A stretch of 64,000 nucleotides of DNA from an uncultured Puniceicoccaceae bacterium (GCA_963933835.1 CAWVVV010000002.1:288001-352000), one strand, 5' to 3'; positions 53,205-62,925 are shown, numbered from the stretch's first letter. The notes: generated by a model from the letters alone, not told the origin. Program-made: numbers and translations.

Positions 53205-54515
53205 ATGACAGCGCGCGAGTTAATTGCCTTGAAACGAGAGGGCTTAGAGTTGACCACTGAGCAAATCGGAGAAGTCGTCCTCGGCGTGACGGATCAATCT
53301 TGGTCCGACGGTCAAATCGGCGCCTTCCTCATGGCGGCGTTTTGCCGTGGGCTTTCTCGAGCTGAGACAGTCGCGCTAACACTTGCGATGCGCGACTCGG
53401 GCGACCGGCTTCGCATTCGACCAACGAGTCGACCGGTCCTTGATAAGCACTCTACCGGAGGCGTCGGTGATAAGATTTCCCTGCCGCTCGCACCTCTCAT
53501 GGCATCATGTGGACTCTTCGTCCCGATGATTTCGGGGCGTGGCCTCGGTCACACCGGAGGTACGCTCGACAAGCTACAATCGATCCCTGACTTTCGGATG
53601 GATCCTGATCTTGAGGAGATGCGTCAACTCGTTGAAGAGGTTGGGACTGTCATCATTGGCCAAACTGGACGCCTCGCTCCGGCTGACCGCCGCCTCTATG
53701 CGATGCGCGACGCCACTTCGACGGTCGAGAGCCAGTCACTCATCGTCGCGAGTATTCTTTCCAAGAAACTGTGCGAAGATTTGGATGGCCTCGTTCTCGA
53801 TGTAAAGGTCGGCAACGGCGCTTTCTTCGATGATTTTGATAAGGCTCGGTCCCTTGCTGTTGCGCTCTGTGAAACAGCGCGTGAGGCGGGCGTGAAATGC
53901 ACTGCCGTCCTCACCGCGATGGATGAGCCCCTCGGCCACACCGTCGGGAATGCACTGGAAGTCATTGAGTCCAACGACGTCTTGCTGAACAAAGGCCCGA
54001 CGGATGTGAAGGAAGTCACGCTCGCTCTCGGTGCAGAGATGCTCCTCATGGGCGAGATTGTCGCAACGGAAGCTGAAGCGATGGCATTGATGGAGGAACA
54101 TCTCGCCTCGGGTAAAGCCTTTGAGGTGTGGAAGCGAATGATCACTACTCAGGGCGGTGACGTATCCAGAATTTTGGACGATGATTGGCTAGCGCATGCG
54201 CCAGCGAAGCTTGTCCTAGGGTTTGAAGGCAGCGCGCCTTCGTACGTCTCTTCAGTGAATGCCCGTGCCGTGGCAGAGGCAGCCTTGCTCCTCGGCGCCG
54301 GCCGTCTACGCGAGGATGCGGAGATCGATCCTTCTGCGGGGGTCAGTGATATTGTTAAGGTTGGCCAACGCATCGAGCTGGGTCAGGCTTTGTGCGTGTT
54401 GCACGGAGCAAGTGATGCCTTGCTTGATGAGCATGTTTCATCTTTTCGCTCGGCTTTTGAGTTTTCTGAAGAAGCGCCGAAGAAAGCACCTTTGATTCTC
54501 GAAGTGATACGTTAG
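53205..54515 (+). CDS. pdp: Thymidine/pyrimidine-nucleoside phosphorylase
   Basis: DKHSTGGVGDK, SGRGLGHTGGTLDKL, SILSKK, LDVKVG; GGAGG RBS. Confidence 0.95.
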   Translation: MTARELIALKREGLELTTEQIGEVVLGVTDQSWSDGQIGAFLMAAFCRGLSRAETVALTLAMRDSGDRLRIRPTSRPVLDKHSTGGVGDKISLPLAPLMASCGLFVPMISGRGLGHTGGTLDKLQSIPDFRMDPDLEEMRQLVEEVGTVIIGQTGRLAPADRRLYAMRDATSTVESQSLIVASILSKKLCEDLDGLVLDVKVGNGAFFDDFDKARSLAVALCETAREAGVKCTAVLTAMDEPLGHTVGNALEVIESNDVLLNKGPTDVKEVTLALGAEMLLMGEIVATEAEAMALMEEHLASGKAFEVWKRMITTQGGDVSRILDDDWLAHAPAKLVLGFEGSAPSYVSSVNARAVAEAALLLGAGRLREDAEIDPSAGVSDIVKVGQRIELGQALCVLHGASDALLDEHVSSFRSAFEFSEEAPKKAPLILEVIR

Positions 54516-54517
54516 AT

Positions 54518-55333
54518 ATGGATAAATTGGATACGATTTTAGAAGTACTTAAGTCTCGCCTTGAAGGCCGCCAACCAAAGCTAGGGCTTGTTCTTGGCTC
54601 AGGGCTAAATTTCTTCGCGGAAGATGCGATCGATGACGCCGTCAGGATTCCATACGGTGAATTGCTGGGCTTCCCTGTCTCGACCGTCGAAGGTCACTCA
54701 GGTCAGTTCGTCGCGGGGAAGGTGGGTGATGTTGAGGTGCTGTGTATGCAAGGCCGCTTTCACTACTATGAGGGCTACGATATGGAGGAGGTTACGCTTC
54801 CAATTCGCGTCATGAAGCTGCTTGGAATCGATACACTGATCCTGACGAATGCTGCGGGCGGGGTGGACCCGAGCTTTAGTCCTGGTGACCTCATGCTTAT
54901 CACCGACCACATCAACTTTATCGGGGTCAACCCGCTCCGCGGTCCTAATGACAGTCGCTTTGGTCCTCGTTTCCACGACATGACAACCGCTTGGGATCCG
55001 CTCCTCCAAGAGCTGGCGCGTGCGACAGCCAAGAGCGAAGGCATTCCGATCAAGGAAGGCACCTATCTTGCGGTCAGTGGGCCGAGTTTTGAGACGCCCG
55101 CAGAAGTCAGCGCACTTCGTGTCTGGGGTGCGAATGCGGTTGGTATGTCGACGGTTCCAGAGTGTATCGTAGCACGTCATGCTGACATGCGCGTCTTAGG
55201 CTTCTCTTGTATCACCAATGCGGCGGCTGGGCTCAACGATGAGCCACTCTCTCATCAAGAAGTTTCCGAGACGGCGAATACCGTGAGGGAGCCTTTTGCT
55301 CGCTTAATCAAGCAAATCGTTCTTTCGATCTAG
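54518..55333 (+). CDS. punA: Purine-nucleoside phosphorylase (trimeric type)
   Basis: LGSGL, QGRFHYYEG, TNAAGG, GPSFETPAE, VGMSTVPE. Confidence 0.95.
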   Translation: MDKLDTILEVLKSRLEGRQPKLGLVLGSGLNFFAEDAIDDAVRIPYGELLGFPVSTVEGHSGQFVAGKVGDVEVLCMQGRFHYYEGYDMEEVTLPIRVMKLLGIDTLILTNAAGGVDPSFSPGDLMLITDHINFIGVNPLRGPNDSRFGPRFHDMTTAWDPLLQELARATAKSEGIPIKEGTYLAVSGPSFETPAEVSALRVWGANAVGMSTVPECIVARHADMRVLGFSCITNAAAGLNDEPLSHQEVSETANTVREPFARLIKQIVLSI

Positions 55334-55367
55334 TGCCCATTTTTGTTAATTTTTGAATTCATCTATA

Positions 55368-55994
55368 ATGTCTCTCAACGTCTTAAAGCATTCCCTCGCG
55401 CCGCAGTATCTCAATGTCATCCGCTCCAAAGCGACGGGGGCTAGAGCCTTTCGTGAAGCGGGCTTCAATATCGGCCTCTTGATTTGTTCAGAGGCCACAC
55501 GCGATCTGGCGACCGAACCCGTAAAGGTTGAAACGCCCTTGGAAACAGTTGGGAGTGAGCAACTTTCCGATCAACTGGCCGTCGTCAGCATCCTCCGCGC
55601 AGGCATGGCGATGGTCGATTCAGTCCTTCAGTTCTTTCCGGATGTTCGTGTCGGCGTCATTGGTATGGAGCGCAATGAAGAGACTGCAGTCGCGACTTCT
55701 TACTACGAAAAATTACCAGATCTTGAAGGCCGCGTCGTCCTTCTAGTTGATCCAATGCTAGCAACCGGTGGGTCCGCTGAAGACGTGCTCGACCGCATCT
55801 ACACGATGAAACCGAAAGAGGTGCGCTTCCTCTCCATCGTGGCCGCCCCAGAAGGCGTCGCTCGCCTCGAAAAGAAATTCCCTGATCTCAAAATTTACGC
55901 CGGTGCACTCGACCGCGAACTCAACGAAAAGAAATACATCCTCCCCGGTCTCGGCGATTACGGTGACCGGCACTTTGGGACGGACGAAGTGTAA
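55368..55994 (+). CDS. upp: Uracil phosphoribosyltransferase
   Basis: ILRAG, VDPMLATGGS, YILPGLGDYGDR. Confidence 0.96.
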   Translation: MSLNVLKHSLAPQYLNVIRSKATGARAFREAGFNIGLLICSEATRDLATEPVKVETPLETVGSEQLSDQLAVVSILRAGMAMVDSVLQFFPDVRVGVIGMERNEETAVATSYYEKLPDLEGRVVLLVDPMLATGGSAEDVLDRIYTMKPKEVRFLSIVAAPEGVARLEKKFPDLKIYAGALDRELNEKKYILPGLGDYGDRHFGTDEV

Positions 55995-55996
55995 CG

Positions 55997-56629
55997 ATGA
56001 GTGAAGAACCTCTAGCTGCCTCTGGTGATTCCGCCACGATGATTATCTATGCCGCGTTTATTGTAACGGGGTTGGCAACCTGTTTTGTTGGGTCATTGAT
56101 CTTTCGCTATGTGCTGGCGTTGCTTTTGACCTTGGCGGGTGCGCTCGCAGGCTTGCAGGTGGTGCTGGAGCTTGAGATCGCAACAAACACGGGGATTTGG
56201 ATTGGCGCTGGCGCTGGTGCGATTCTGGGGCTTTTGATTTCGTTTTTCTTTATCAAGGCTGCAGCTGCAGTCGCGGGTGGAACACTGGCCTATGTCTTCG
56301 TTTCGCCGAATGTCGGTGACTTGATGGAGTGGAAAAACGCCCTCGTTTTAGGTGTTTCCTGCCTAGCAGGCGGCGTTGTTGGAGTCTTCCTCGCCAAGCC
56401 AACCATCCTTGTCGCGACGGCATTTGTTGGAGCATTTTTCGCCGTCTATGGCGGGCTCTACTTCATCGACGGCACGCAGTTACTCGAGGTGAGTGAGAAT
56501 GCGGTCGAGACGGGCCAGATCCTAGCGTCGCGCAAGTGGCCTTTTATCATCACCATCGTTCTCGGCGTGATCGGCGGGCTGGCACAAGTGACGCGGACTT
56601 GGAGAAATAAGCGGAGTAGTGATAAATGA
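55997..56629 (+). CDS. DUF4203/TMEM198-like membrane protein
   Basis: Multiple Gly-rich TM helices, GLATCFVG, TAFVGA. Confidence 0.65.
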   Translation: MSEEPLAASGDSATMIIYAAFIVTGLATCFVGSLIFRYVLALLLTLAGALAGLQVVLELEIATNTGIWIGAGAGAILGLLISFFFIKAAAAVAGGTLAYVFVSPNVGDLMEWKNALVLGVSCLAGGVVGVFLAKPTILVATAFVGAFFAVYGGLYFIDGTQLLEVSENAVETGQILASRKWPFIITIVLGVIGGLAQVTRTWRNKRSSDK

Positions 56630-56690
56630 TGAATTTTGAATGATGATTAGGAGCGGATAACTAGGTATTCATCATTCAAAACTCATCATT
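56624..56690. repeat. Heptamer-built inverted repeat
   Basis: AATGATGAATTTTGAATGATGA ... TCATCATTCAAAACTCATCATT (22-bp arms, 1 mismatch). Confidence 0.8.
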
Positions 56691-56692
56691 AA

Positions 56693-57226
56693 CTAAAGCC
56701 CGTAGTCACTCGGGTCGACGCCACGGGCGGCGATAGCGCGACGCAAGGAATCAAGTTCGAACTGCGCCCCGGGCAGGACGCCGTTGTTCGAGTACCATCC
56801 TTGATTCATTTCGAGAGCGAACTGGATTTGATCGCTTTGAGATCTTTTCGCCGAGAGGTCTTTTGGATACATTCGAACAACTTCGGTGAGCCGCCCAGCC
56901 GCGTCGATGTAGCCGATGTCGAGTGGAATGAGGGTGTTTTTCATCCAGAATGACATCTGCTGGGGCTTTCCGTAGACGAAGATCATCCCGTGATTTTCCG
57001 GCATCGATTCGCGATGCATGAGTCCGGTCGATTGCTCGGATATGTTCAGGGCGATTTCCACTTGAATCTCGAGTTCTCCGATACGGAGGGGCTGGGGGAC
57101 ATTGAGTGGGGCAGGGTCACTGCTGATCTGAATACCACTTTTGGCGGTTGAGCTTGTTTCTGCCTTTTCGCAGGCGGTCAGAAGAAGGATGCATAGGGCA
57201 AAGAGGGCGAACGGGCGCAATGTCAT
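56693..57226 (-). CDS. DUF192 family lipoprotein
   Basis: Lipobox LTAC, GLMHR, GMIF, FWMKNTLIPLDI, ALEMNQG. Confidence 0.92.
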   Translation of the reverse strand: MTLRPFALFALCILLLTACEKAETSSTAKSGIQISSDPAPLNVPQPLRIGELEIQVEIALNISEQSTGLMHRESMPENHGMIFVYGKPQQMSFWMKNTLIPLDIGYIDAAGRLTEVVRMYPKDLSAKRSQSDQIQFALEMNQGWYSNNGVLPGAQFELDSLRRAIAARGVDPSDYGL

Positions 57227-57273
57227 GGGTCTTTGATGTGGACAGTGGGGTCGTGGCGACAAGGGTAAAGCGC

Positions 57274-58416
57274 ATGCCAAGCTCCGCACCGTCATCGTTT
57301 CCTGTCCTTTTATTCGCCTCCACAGAGCGCTCTGCTGATGCGCTCTATTTTGGTGGGGTCGAGGTGCCTGATGCCTTCATTGCCTTCGGCTATGGTTCAC
57401 AGCGGATTGCTGTCTTGAGTCGGCTTGAGATTGCTCGGGTGCGTAAGGAAGGCTGTTTTGACACCTGCCTGTCGTTGGAAGAATGCCAAGAGGCGGTAAA
57501 ACAGAACGGCGGGATGGGAACACCTGTAGAAGTCGTTGCTTTGATTGCGGAGGAGTGGGCGATCGAGGGTTTTGAAATCGGCTATGATTTTCCAGCGGGC
57601 CTCGCTAACCAACTCATAGGCGCAGGTGTCACCCTACGGGTTGTTGAAGGAGCGCTCTTCCCTGAACGTGAGATCAAGGCCGATATCGAGGCCGATGCAA
57701 TTCGCGAAGGTAATGCAGCTTCCGCTGCAGGCTTTAAAGTCGTGGAAAAAGCACTGCGTCGAGCCACCATTGGTCGCGGAAAGAAACTCTATCTGGATGA
57801 CAAGTTGCTCACGTCTGAGCGCCTTCGGCAAATGATCGATATTGCCTGCCTTGAGCGTAGCGCGGTAGCGAACGGAACGATCGTCGCAGGCGGAGACCAA
57901 GCTTGTGACCCCCATTGCCGAGGCACTGGGCCATTGCGTGCAGACGAGTTCATCATCGTCGATATCTTCCCGCGTGTCACAAGAACTGGATACCATGGCG
58001 ATATGACCCGTACGTATCTTAAGGGACAGGCGAGCAAGGAACAGAAGTCGCTTTACGCTGCGGTCTTTGACGCGCAGCAGGCGGCGATCAAAGAGGTGAA
58101 GGCCGGCAAGAGTGGTACGAAAATTTATAAAGGTGTGTGCGCTTCTTTTGAGGGCAAAGGCTACGCGACCGAGGTCGTTGATGGTACGCCAGTGGGCTTC
58201 TTTCATGGCCTCGGCCATGGTCTTGGGCTTGAAGTGCACGAAGCGCCCCGCGTCGGCGCAGTGAAGTCGCGCTTAAAAAAGGGGCAAGTCATCACGGTTG
58301 AGCCAGGGCTCTATTACCCCGGTCTTGGAGGTGTTCGCGTCGAGGATGTCGTGCGTGTGACGAGCGGCGAGCCGGAGATGCTTTCAAAGCATCCATATCG
58401 CTGGCACATCAAATGA
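57274..58416 (+). CDS. Xaa-Pro aminopeptidase (M24 family)
   Basis: IVDIFP, GYHGDMTRT, HGLGHGLGLEVHE, TVEPGLY, GVRVED. Confidence 0.93.
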   Translation: MPSSAPSSFPVLLFASTERSADALYFGGVEVPDAFIAFGYGSQRIAVLSRLEIARVRKEGCFDTCLSLEECQEAVKQNGGMGTPVEVVALIAEEWAIEGFEIGYDFPAGLANQLIGAGVTLRVVEGALFPEREIKADIEADAIREGNAASAAGFKVVEKALRRATIGRGKKLYLDDKLLTSERLRQMIDIACLERSAVANGTIVAGGDQACDPHCRGTGPLRADEFIIVDIFPRVTRTGYHGDMTRTYLKGQASKEQKSLYAAVFDAQQAAIKEVKAGKSGTKIYKGVCASFEGKGYATEVVDGTPVGFFHGLGHGLGLEVHEAPRVGAVKSRLKKGQVITVEPGLYYPGLGGVRVEDVVRVTSGEPEMLSKHPYRWHIK

Positions 58417-58477
58417 TGAATGATGAATGGTGAATGGTGTGATGTCTTAAATCTTTTCTATTCATCATTCAATATTT
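58411..58477. repeat. Heptamer repeats with partial inverted arm
   Basis: AAATGAT GAATGAT GAATGGT GAATGGT ... ATTC ATCATTC AATATTT. Confidence 0.7.
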
Positions 58478-58479
58478 CC

Positions 58480-59577
58480 TTACCACGCCTTCTGCCAACC
58501 AAGCGTCAGGGCCCAATCGGTTTCGAGTTGGTAGCCATTGAGGTTTTGCCAGAGCGGAAGGCGAAGATCGATGGCGAATCGGTGCCCCTTGAGGATGCCG
58601 CCGTCGATGAGGCTGTTTACGCCGAAAATGGCTTCGATGGATTCGCCGCCGTAATTGTCGCTAAAGGCCGTCGTGACGGTTTCACGGCTCGGCGCGAAGG
58701 GTGGATTCAGTAAAAGGTCTTCCTGCTCCCCGCGCATTTTTCCCGACCATTGGTAGGCGAGGCCGGTGCTGATGCCGAATGAATTACCGAGGGGCAGGGA
58801 ACCCCATGCAGTCGCCTTGAACTGGTCGCCGAGGCGGCAGCCTTGATCGTTGTGCCCGGTACGAATTGTTCCAGCTAACTGACCCCCGAAGGAGACGCTT
58901 TCGCGCTGCTCCACCCAGGTGAAACTTGGCAGGAGGTCGTAGGTGCCGGATCCAAGTTGCATCGGTGCTGGAAGCTGGCGTTCAAAGAGTCCACCCATGC
59001 CCGGTTCGCTACCTATCGATGGAGCGGGTATTGCATCCGATTCAGTGATGGATCCGGTGGGGAGGCTGATCCCGAGGCCGACATGAGCACGGCTGTCCTC
59101 ATCACGGTAAACGGAATAGAGGGCGCTTAGCTTGATGTCGCTAACCCCTTCGGTCTCGGTCGTAAATACATCGCTGCCGCCGTTGAAGTTAAGCAGAGGT
59201 GTCGCCATGCCGAAGATGCGGTGATCCATCTCAGTGGACGTATAGTTGGCCATCGCCATGAGGGTGAGCTGATCGCTCGGGGCATGCATGAAACCCAACA
59301 TGTGCATATCCATCGTCATCTCCTCGGGCGTGATGGTGTAGTTCGCCGCGAAGACTGCATCGCTTGAGGCGCTGGTTGTTCCGTTTCGCATACCGTCCAT
59401 CTGCATTCGCATGAAGCGATAGGAGAGCATGCTTTCGCCCTTAGCGTGAATGTGTTCACCCATGATGGAGATGGGGGCATGGGCGTCGATACGGCCGGTA
59501 TCGAATGAATGAGCAAAGCTCGATGTGCTGAGTAATACGCCGGTTAAGAACGTAGAAGGGTAAGAAAATCTTTTCAT
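58480..59577 (-). CDS. His/Met-rich outer-membrane beta-barrel 'transporter' (SphA/MetA-pathway-like)
   Basis: Signal peptide, DAHAPISIMGEHIH, MTMDMHM, GISLPTGS, MQLGSGTYD, C-terminal beta signal LTLGWQKAW. Confidence 0.75.
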   Translation of the reverse strand: MKRFSYPSTFLTGVLLSTSSFAHSFDTGRIDAHAPISIMGEHIHAKGESMLSYRFMRMQMDGMRNGTTSASSDAVFAANYTITPEEMTMDMHMLGFMHAPSDQLTLMAMANYTSTEMDHRIFGMATPLLNFNGGSDVFTTETEGVSDIKLSALYSVYRDEDSRAHVGLGISLPTGSITESDAIPAPSIGSEPGMGGLFERQLPAPMQLGSGTYDLLPSFTWVEQRESVSFGGQLAGTIRTGHNDQGCRLGDQFKATAWGSLPLGNSFGISTGLAYQWSGKMRGEQEDLLLNPPFAPSRETVTTAFSDNYGGESIEAIFGVNSLIDGGILKGHRFAIDLRLPLWQNLNGYQLETDWALTLGWQKAW

Positions 59578-59668
59578 CTGAAGTGTTTGCGTAAGGTGGG
59601 TGCCCGAGGTTCAGAATTTTACTCAGGCGGGTTGGATGTAGGCCAAAGGCGATTCAGCGCTACAGATC

Positions 59669-59700
59669 AATCACCTACATAGTAAAAAGTGTAGATGATT
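59669..59700 (-). promoter_or_regulatory. Hairpin in the leader between the upstream ORF and the OM-protein gene
   Basis: AATCATCTACA-ctttttacta-TGTAGGTGATT (11 bp, one G:U) about 20 nt after the upstream ORF stop. Confidence 0.5.
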
Positions 59701-59719
59701 TTGGATACGGTTGGATGTC

Positions 59720-60109
59720 TTACGCTAACCGCGGAGGTGGCCCAAGTGGAGTGTCGATGTACTCGCAAGGGGGCGATGGATCGCTGAGCTGAAGCTCCTG
59801 CGTTCGAGGATGAAAAATGAGTGCAACTCCGAGGCTTCTGAGCGGGAGGAGACGGACTTCCTGCTGAAGCCGGAATTGATCAGCCTGCCAGGTATTGTCT
59901 TTCGTGTCTTCGACAAAGGCACAGTAGCCACAGCTTTCTTCTCCGTTGAAGGTGTAGGAAAGCGCGTCACCGATCGGCATTTGTTCCGAGTATTGGGAAA
60001 ACATCGTTGCCCAGCCGTAGGCTTGGACCAACGCCACATGCAGGCCGCTCAAGCACAGAAAGCAGAGAGCAGTTGCGAGAAGGAAGCAGCGTTGCAGTTT
60101 TGAAGGCAC
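59720..60109 (-). CDS. DUF2946/CruR/CutF-like upstream ORF
   Basis: Hydrophobic N-terminus, CGYC, C-terminal TPLGPPPRLA*. Confidence 0.7.
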   Translation of the reverse strand: MPSKLQRCFLLATALCFLCLSGLHVALVQAYGWATMFSQYSEQMPIGDALSYTFNGEESCGYCAFVEDTKDNTWQADQFRLQQEVRLLPLRSLGVALIFHPRTQELQLSDPSPPCEYIDTPLGPPPRLA

Positions 60110-60215
60110 AGGACGAAAACGGGGTCATTTGTCGGTTTTTCGTCCCGCAAGTGTCAACCGATTTTGCGCAAGAAGCGGGTGGGCAAAGCGCAGGTTTCTA
60201 TGCTAATCTGTTTCC

Positions 60216-61058
60216 ATGGCATCGCATTATGACTGCATCGCAACCGCGATTGATCTCTTGGTGAAGCGACACGCGGAGGTACCGAGTCTGGAGGAACTCA
60301 GCGGTCAAGCTGGTTTGAGCTTATCCCACTTTCAGCGGCTCTTCACGGAGTTCGTCGGGATCAGTCCGAAGCGTTTCTCCCAGCACCTGTTTTTGCAGGA
60401 CGCGAGGGAGCGGCTTCAACGAGGAGAAGCGGTGCTGGATGCAGCCTTGGGTTCGGGACTTTCTGGACCAGGACGATTGCATCATCTGACCGTGCATTGC
60501 GAGGCGGTTACGCCAGGGGAACAGCGTTCAGGAGGCAAGGATCTGCGGATTGAATATGATTGGAGCTTAACCCCTTTCGGCTGGGGTCTCTTTGGGAAAA
60601 CGTCGCGCGGCTTGTGCTATTTTGCGCTCCATGAGACTGCCTCGGAGGAGGCCCTCGCGGCGCTCAAGAAACGGTTTCCTGCCGCGGATCTGGAGGAGAA
60701 GTTAGGACTAGCGGCTGAGCTTTGTGCTCGGATCTTTTCTTCGGAGCCAAGTGGGCCAATAGCGTTGCATCTTCGGGGAACAAATTTCCAGATCCAAGTC
60801 TGGCAGGCCTTGATGGCAATTCCCGATGGATTGGCCGCAAGCTACGGATCCGTCGCTCGCAAAATAGACCGCCCAAAAGCTTCGCGTGCGGTCGGCACTG
60901 CGGTGGGAAATAACCCCGTCGCGATCCTTATTCCGTGCCATCGTGTGCTGCGCGAGAGTGGGGCGATCGGTGGCTACCGCTGGGGCTTGGATAGGAAGCG
61001 TGCGCTCCTGGCCTGGGAGCGAGCCCGGCCTGCGAATAGCAGCTCAGTAGGTAGATAG
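60216..61058 (+). CDS. ada: Ada-like AraC-HTH + O6-methylguanine-DNA methyltransferase
   Basis: HFQRLFTEFVGISPKRF, GTNFQIQVW, RAVGTAVGNNP, IPCHRV. Confidence 0.9.
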   Translation: MASHYDCIATAIDLLVKRHAEVPSLEELSGQAGLSLSHFQRLFTEFVGISPKRFSQHLFLQDARERLQRGEAVLDAALGSGLSGPGRLHHLTVHCEAVTPGEQRSGGKDLRIEYDWSLTPFGWGLFGKTSRGLCYFALHETASEEALAALKKRFPAADLEEKLGLAAELCARIFSSEPSGPIALHLRGTNFQIQVWQALMAIPDGLAASYGSVARKIDRPKASRAVGTAVGNNPVAILIPCHRVLRESGAIGGYRWGLDRKRALLAWERARPANSSSVGR

Positions 61059-61083
61059 CCGAAATTGAGGGCGTGTGGGTGCC

Positions 61084-61115
61084 TTGACTTTCCAATGTAG
61101 CCTGTGCTACATTGG
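61084..61115 (+). promoter_or_regulatory. Promoter with overlapping perfect palindromic operator
   Basis: TTGACT (61084), then 18 nt, then TACATT (61108) with an extended TG; CCAATGTAGC-ctgt-GCTACATTGG at 61092-61115. Confidence 0.75.
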
Positions 61116-61119
61116 TCAT

Positions 61120-62058
61120 ATGTTTAAACTTGGATGGTTATTGTTAGCGCTTTTCATTGGCTTGCCGCTGGCGGGACAAACGGAGCCGTATCGGATCGTT
61201 GCGACGGTTGCGATGGTGACGGATATTGTTCGCCAAGTGGCGGGTGATCGCGCCGAGGTCACGGGGCTACTGGGCGAGGGGATCGACCCTCACCTCTACA
61301 AGCCCACCCGAACCGACATCGGTCAACTGCTTCGCGCGGACGTAATTTTCTACAATGGCCTCCTTCTTGAAGGTAAAATGTCCGACGCGCTCATCCGCGC
61401 TGCGACCGCAGGCAAGAAGGTCCACGCGGTCACGGAACTGATCGACGAAGGCTATCTTCTCTCACCCGAAGAATTTGCAGGCCACTATGATCCGCATGTT
61501 TGGATGGACCCTAGCGCGTGGGCGAAGGCGGTTGATGTGGTTGAGGCGAAATTGACAGCGTTTGATCCCGCGAGTGAAACGACCTACGCGACAAATGCGG
61601 CGGCATTGAGGGAACGGATCCAAAAACTGGATGCGTATGCTGAGCAGGCTCTAAGCAGTGTGCCTGAAAAACAACGTGTGCTCGTAACCGCGCACGACGC
61701 CTTTAACTATTTCGGCCGTCGCTTCGGCTACGAAGTTGTTGGCATCCAAGGTATCTCAACGGAGTCAGAGGCAGGTGTGCTTGATTTGGAGAACCTCGTG
61801 AATCTCCTCGTCGAACGAAAAGTTCGCGCCGTATTTGTCGAATCAACCGTTTCTGAGCGCAATATTAAGGCACTTATTGCGGGTGCAGCAGCTCGAGGAC
61901 ACACCGTTGTCATCGGAGGTGAACTCTTTAGTGATGCGATGGGGCAGCCTGGTACCTATGAGGGAACCTATATCGGGATGATCGATCACAACGCATCGAC
62001 GGTGGCGCGAGCGCTCGGGGGCACTCTGCCTGAAGGTGGATTTTCAACTGCGGACTGA
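61120..62058 (+). CDS. troA: Mn/Fe/Zn ABC substrate-binding protein (TroA-like)
   Basis: [44 protein letters not shown]. Confidence 0.92.
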   Translation: MFKLGWLLLALFIGLPLAGQTEPYRIVATVAMVTDIVRQVAGDRAEVTGLLGEGIDPHLYKPTRTDIGQLLRADVIFYNGLLLEGKMSDALIRAATAGKKVHAVTELIDEGYLLSPEEFAGHYDPHVWMDPSAWAKAVDVVEAKLTAFDPASETTYATNAAALRERIQKLDAYAEQALSSVPEKQRVLVTAHDAFNYFGRRFGYEVVGIQGISTESEAGVLDLENLVNLLVERKVRAVFVESTVSERNIKALIAGAAARGHTVVIGGELFSDAMGQPGTYEGTYIGMIDHNASTVARALGGTLPEGGFSTAD

Positions 62059-62062
62059 ATCA

Positions 62063-62914
62063 ATGGGAACTGACCGCACACTGCTTCACCGTACCGGTAT
62101 TTCGGATACACGAGAACCGCTTTCGACGCGCCCCGAACACTCGGCGGAAAGTCCGCTCTCAATTCACGCGATGACGGTGGCCTACCACCGGCGCCCAGTG
62201 CTGTGGGATGTCGATTACGACGCCCCATCAAATAAGCTGATCGCGATCGTTGGTCCAAATGGGGCGGGCAAGAGCACCATGATAAAGGCCTGCTTGGGTC
62301 TCACTCAACGCGCCTCTGGCCAAGTCGAATACTGGGGGCGATCTTATCGCAGTCAGCGCAGTCGGGTGGGGTATGTGCCGCAACGCGAAACCGTCGACTG
62401 GGACTTCCCGGTTTCCGCCCTCGATGTCGTTTGTATGGGGCTTTACCGCGAGATCGGCTGGCTGCGCCCTGTAGGTAAAAAACATAAAGCCCTCGCTTTG
62501 GAATGCCTCGATAAGGTGGGCATGGCTGACTACGCTCAGCGCCAGATCAGTCAGCTCTCGGGTGGCCAGCAGCAACGGGTTTTCCTTGCACGGGCGCTCG
62601 CACAGCAGGCGGATCTCTATTTCATGGACGAGCCCTTTGTCGGGGTCGATACAGCCACCGAGCGTTCGATTATAGCGGTTTTGAGGGATCTGCGTGATTC
62701 AGGAAAAACAGTCATTGCGGTCCATCATGACTTGCCGACCGTTCCTGAGTATTTTGATGAAGTCGTCTTGCTGAATATGCGGGTCGTTGCCTCTGGGCCT
62801 GTCCCGGAAGTGTTCACGCAGGACAATTTGCAGAAGACTTATGGTGGCCGGCTTACGCTTCTTTCCGAGGCGGCAGAAGCGATGGCTCGGGCGGCGTCTG
62901 GATTGGACTCTTGA
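62063..62914 (+). CDS. troB: Mn/Fe/Zn ABC ATP-binding protein (TroB-like)
   Basis: [33 protein letters not shown]. Confidence 0.92.
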   Translation: MGTDRTLLHRTGISDTREPLSTRPEHSAESPLSIHAMTVAYHRRPVLWDVDYDAPSNKLIAIVGPNGAGKSTMIKACLGLTQRASGQVEYWGRSYRSQRSRVGYVPQRETVDWDFPVSALDVVCMGLYREIGWLRPVGKKHKALALECLDKVGMADYAQRQISQLSGGQQQRVFLARALAQQADLYFMDEPFVGVDTATERSIIAVLRDLRDSGKTVIAVHHDLPTVPEYFDEVVLLNMRVVASGPVPEVFTQDNLQKTYGGRLTLLSEAAEAMARAASGLDS

Positions 62915-62925
62915 TCGATATTTTG

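Noticed and set aside
51246..58477. Heptamer repeats as a CRISPR array
   Set aside because: No constant 25-40 nt repeats with unique spacers, and no cas genes.
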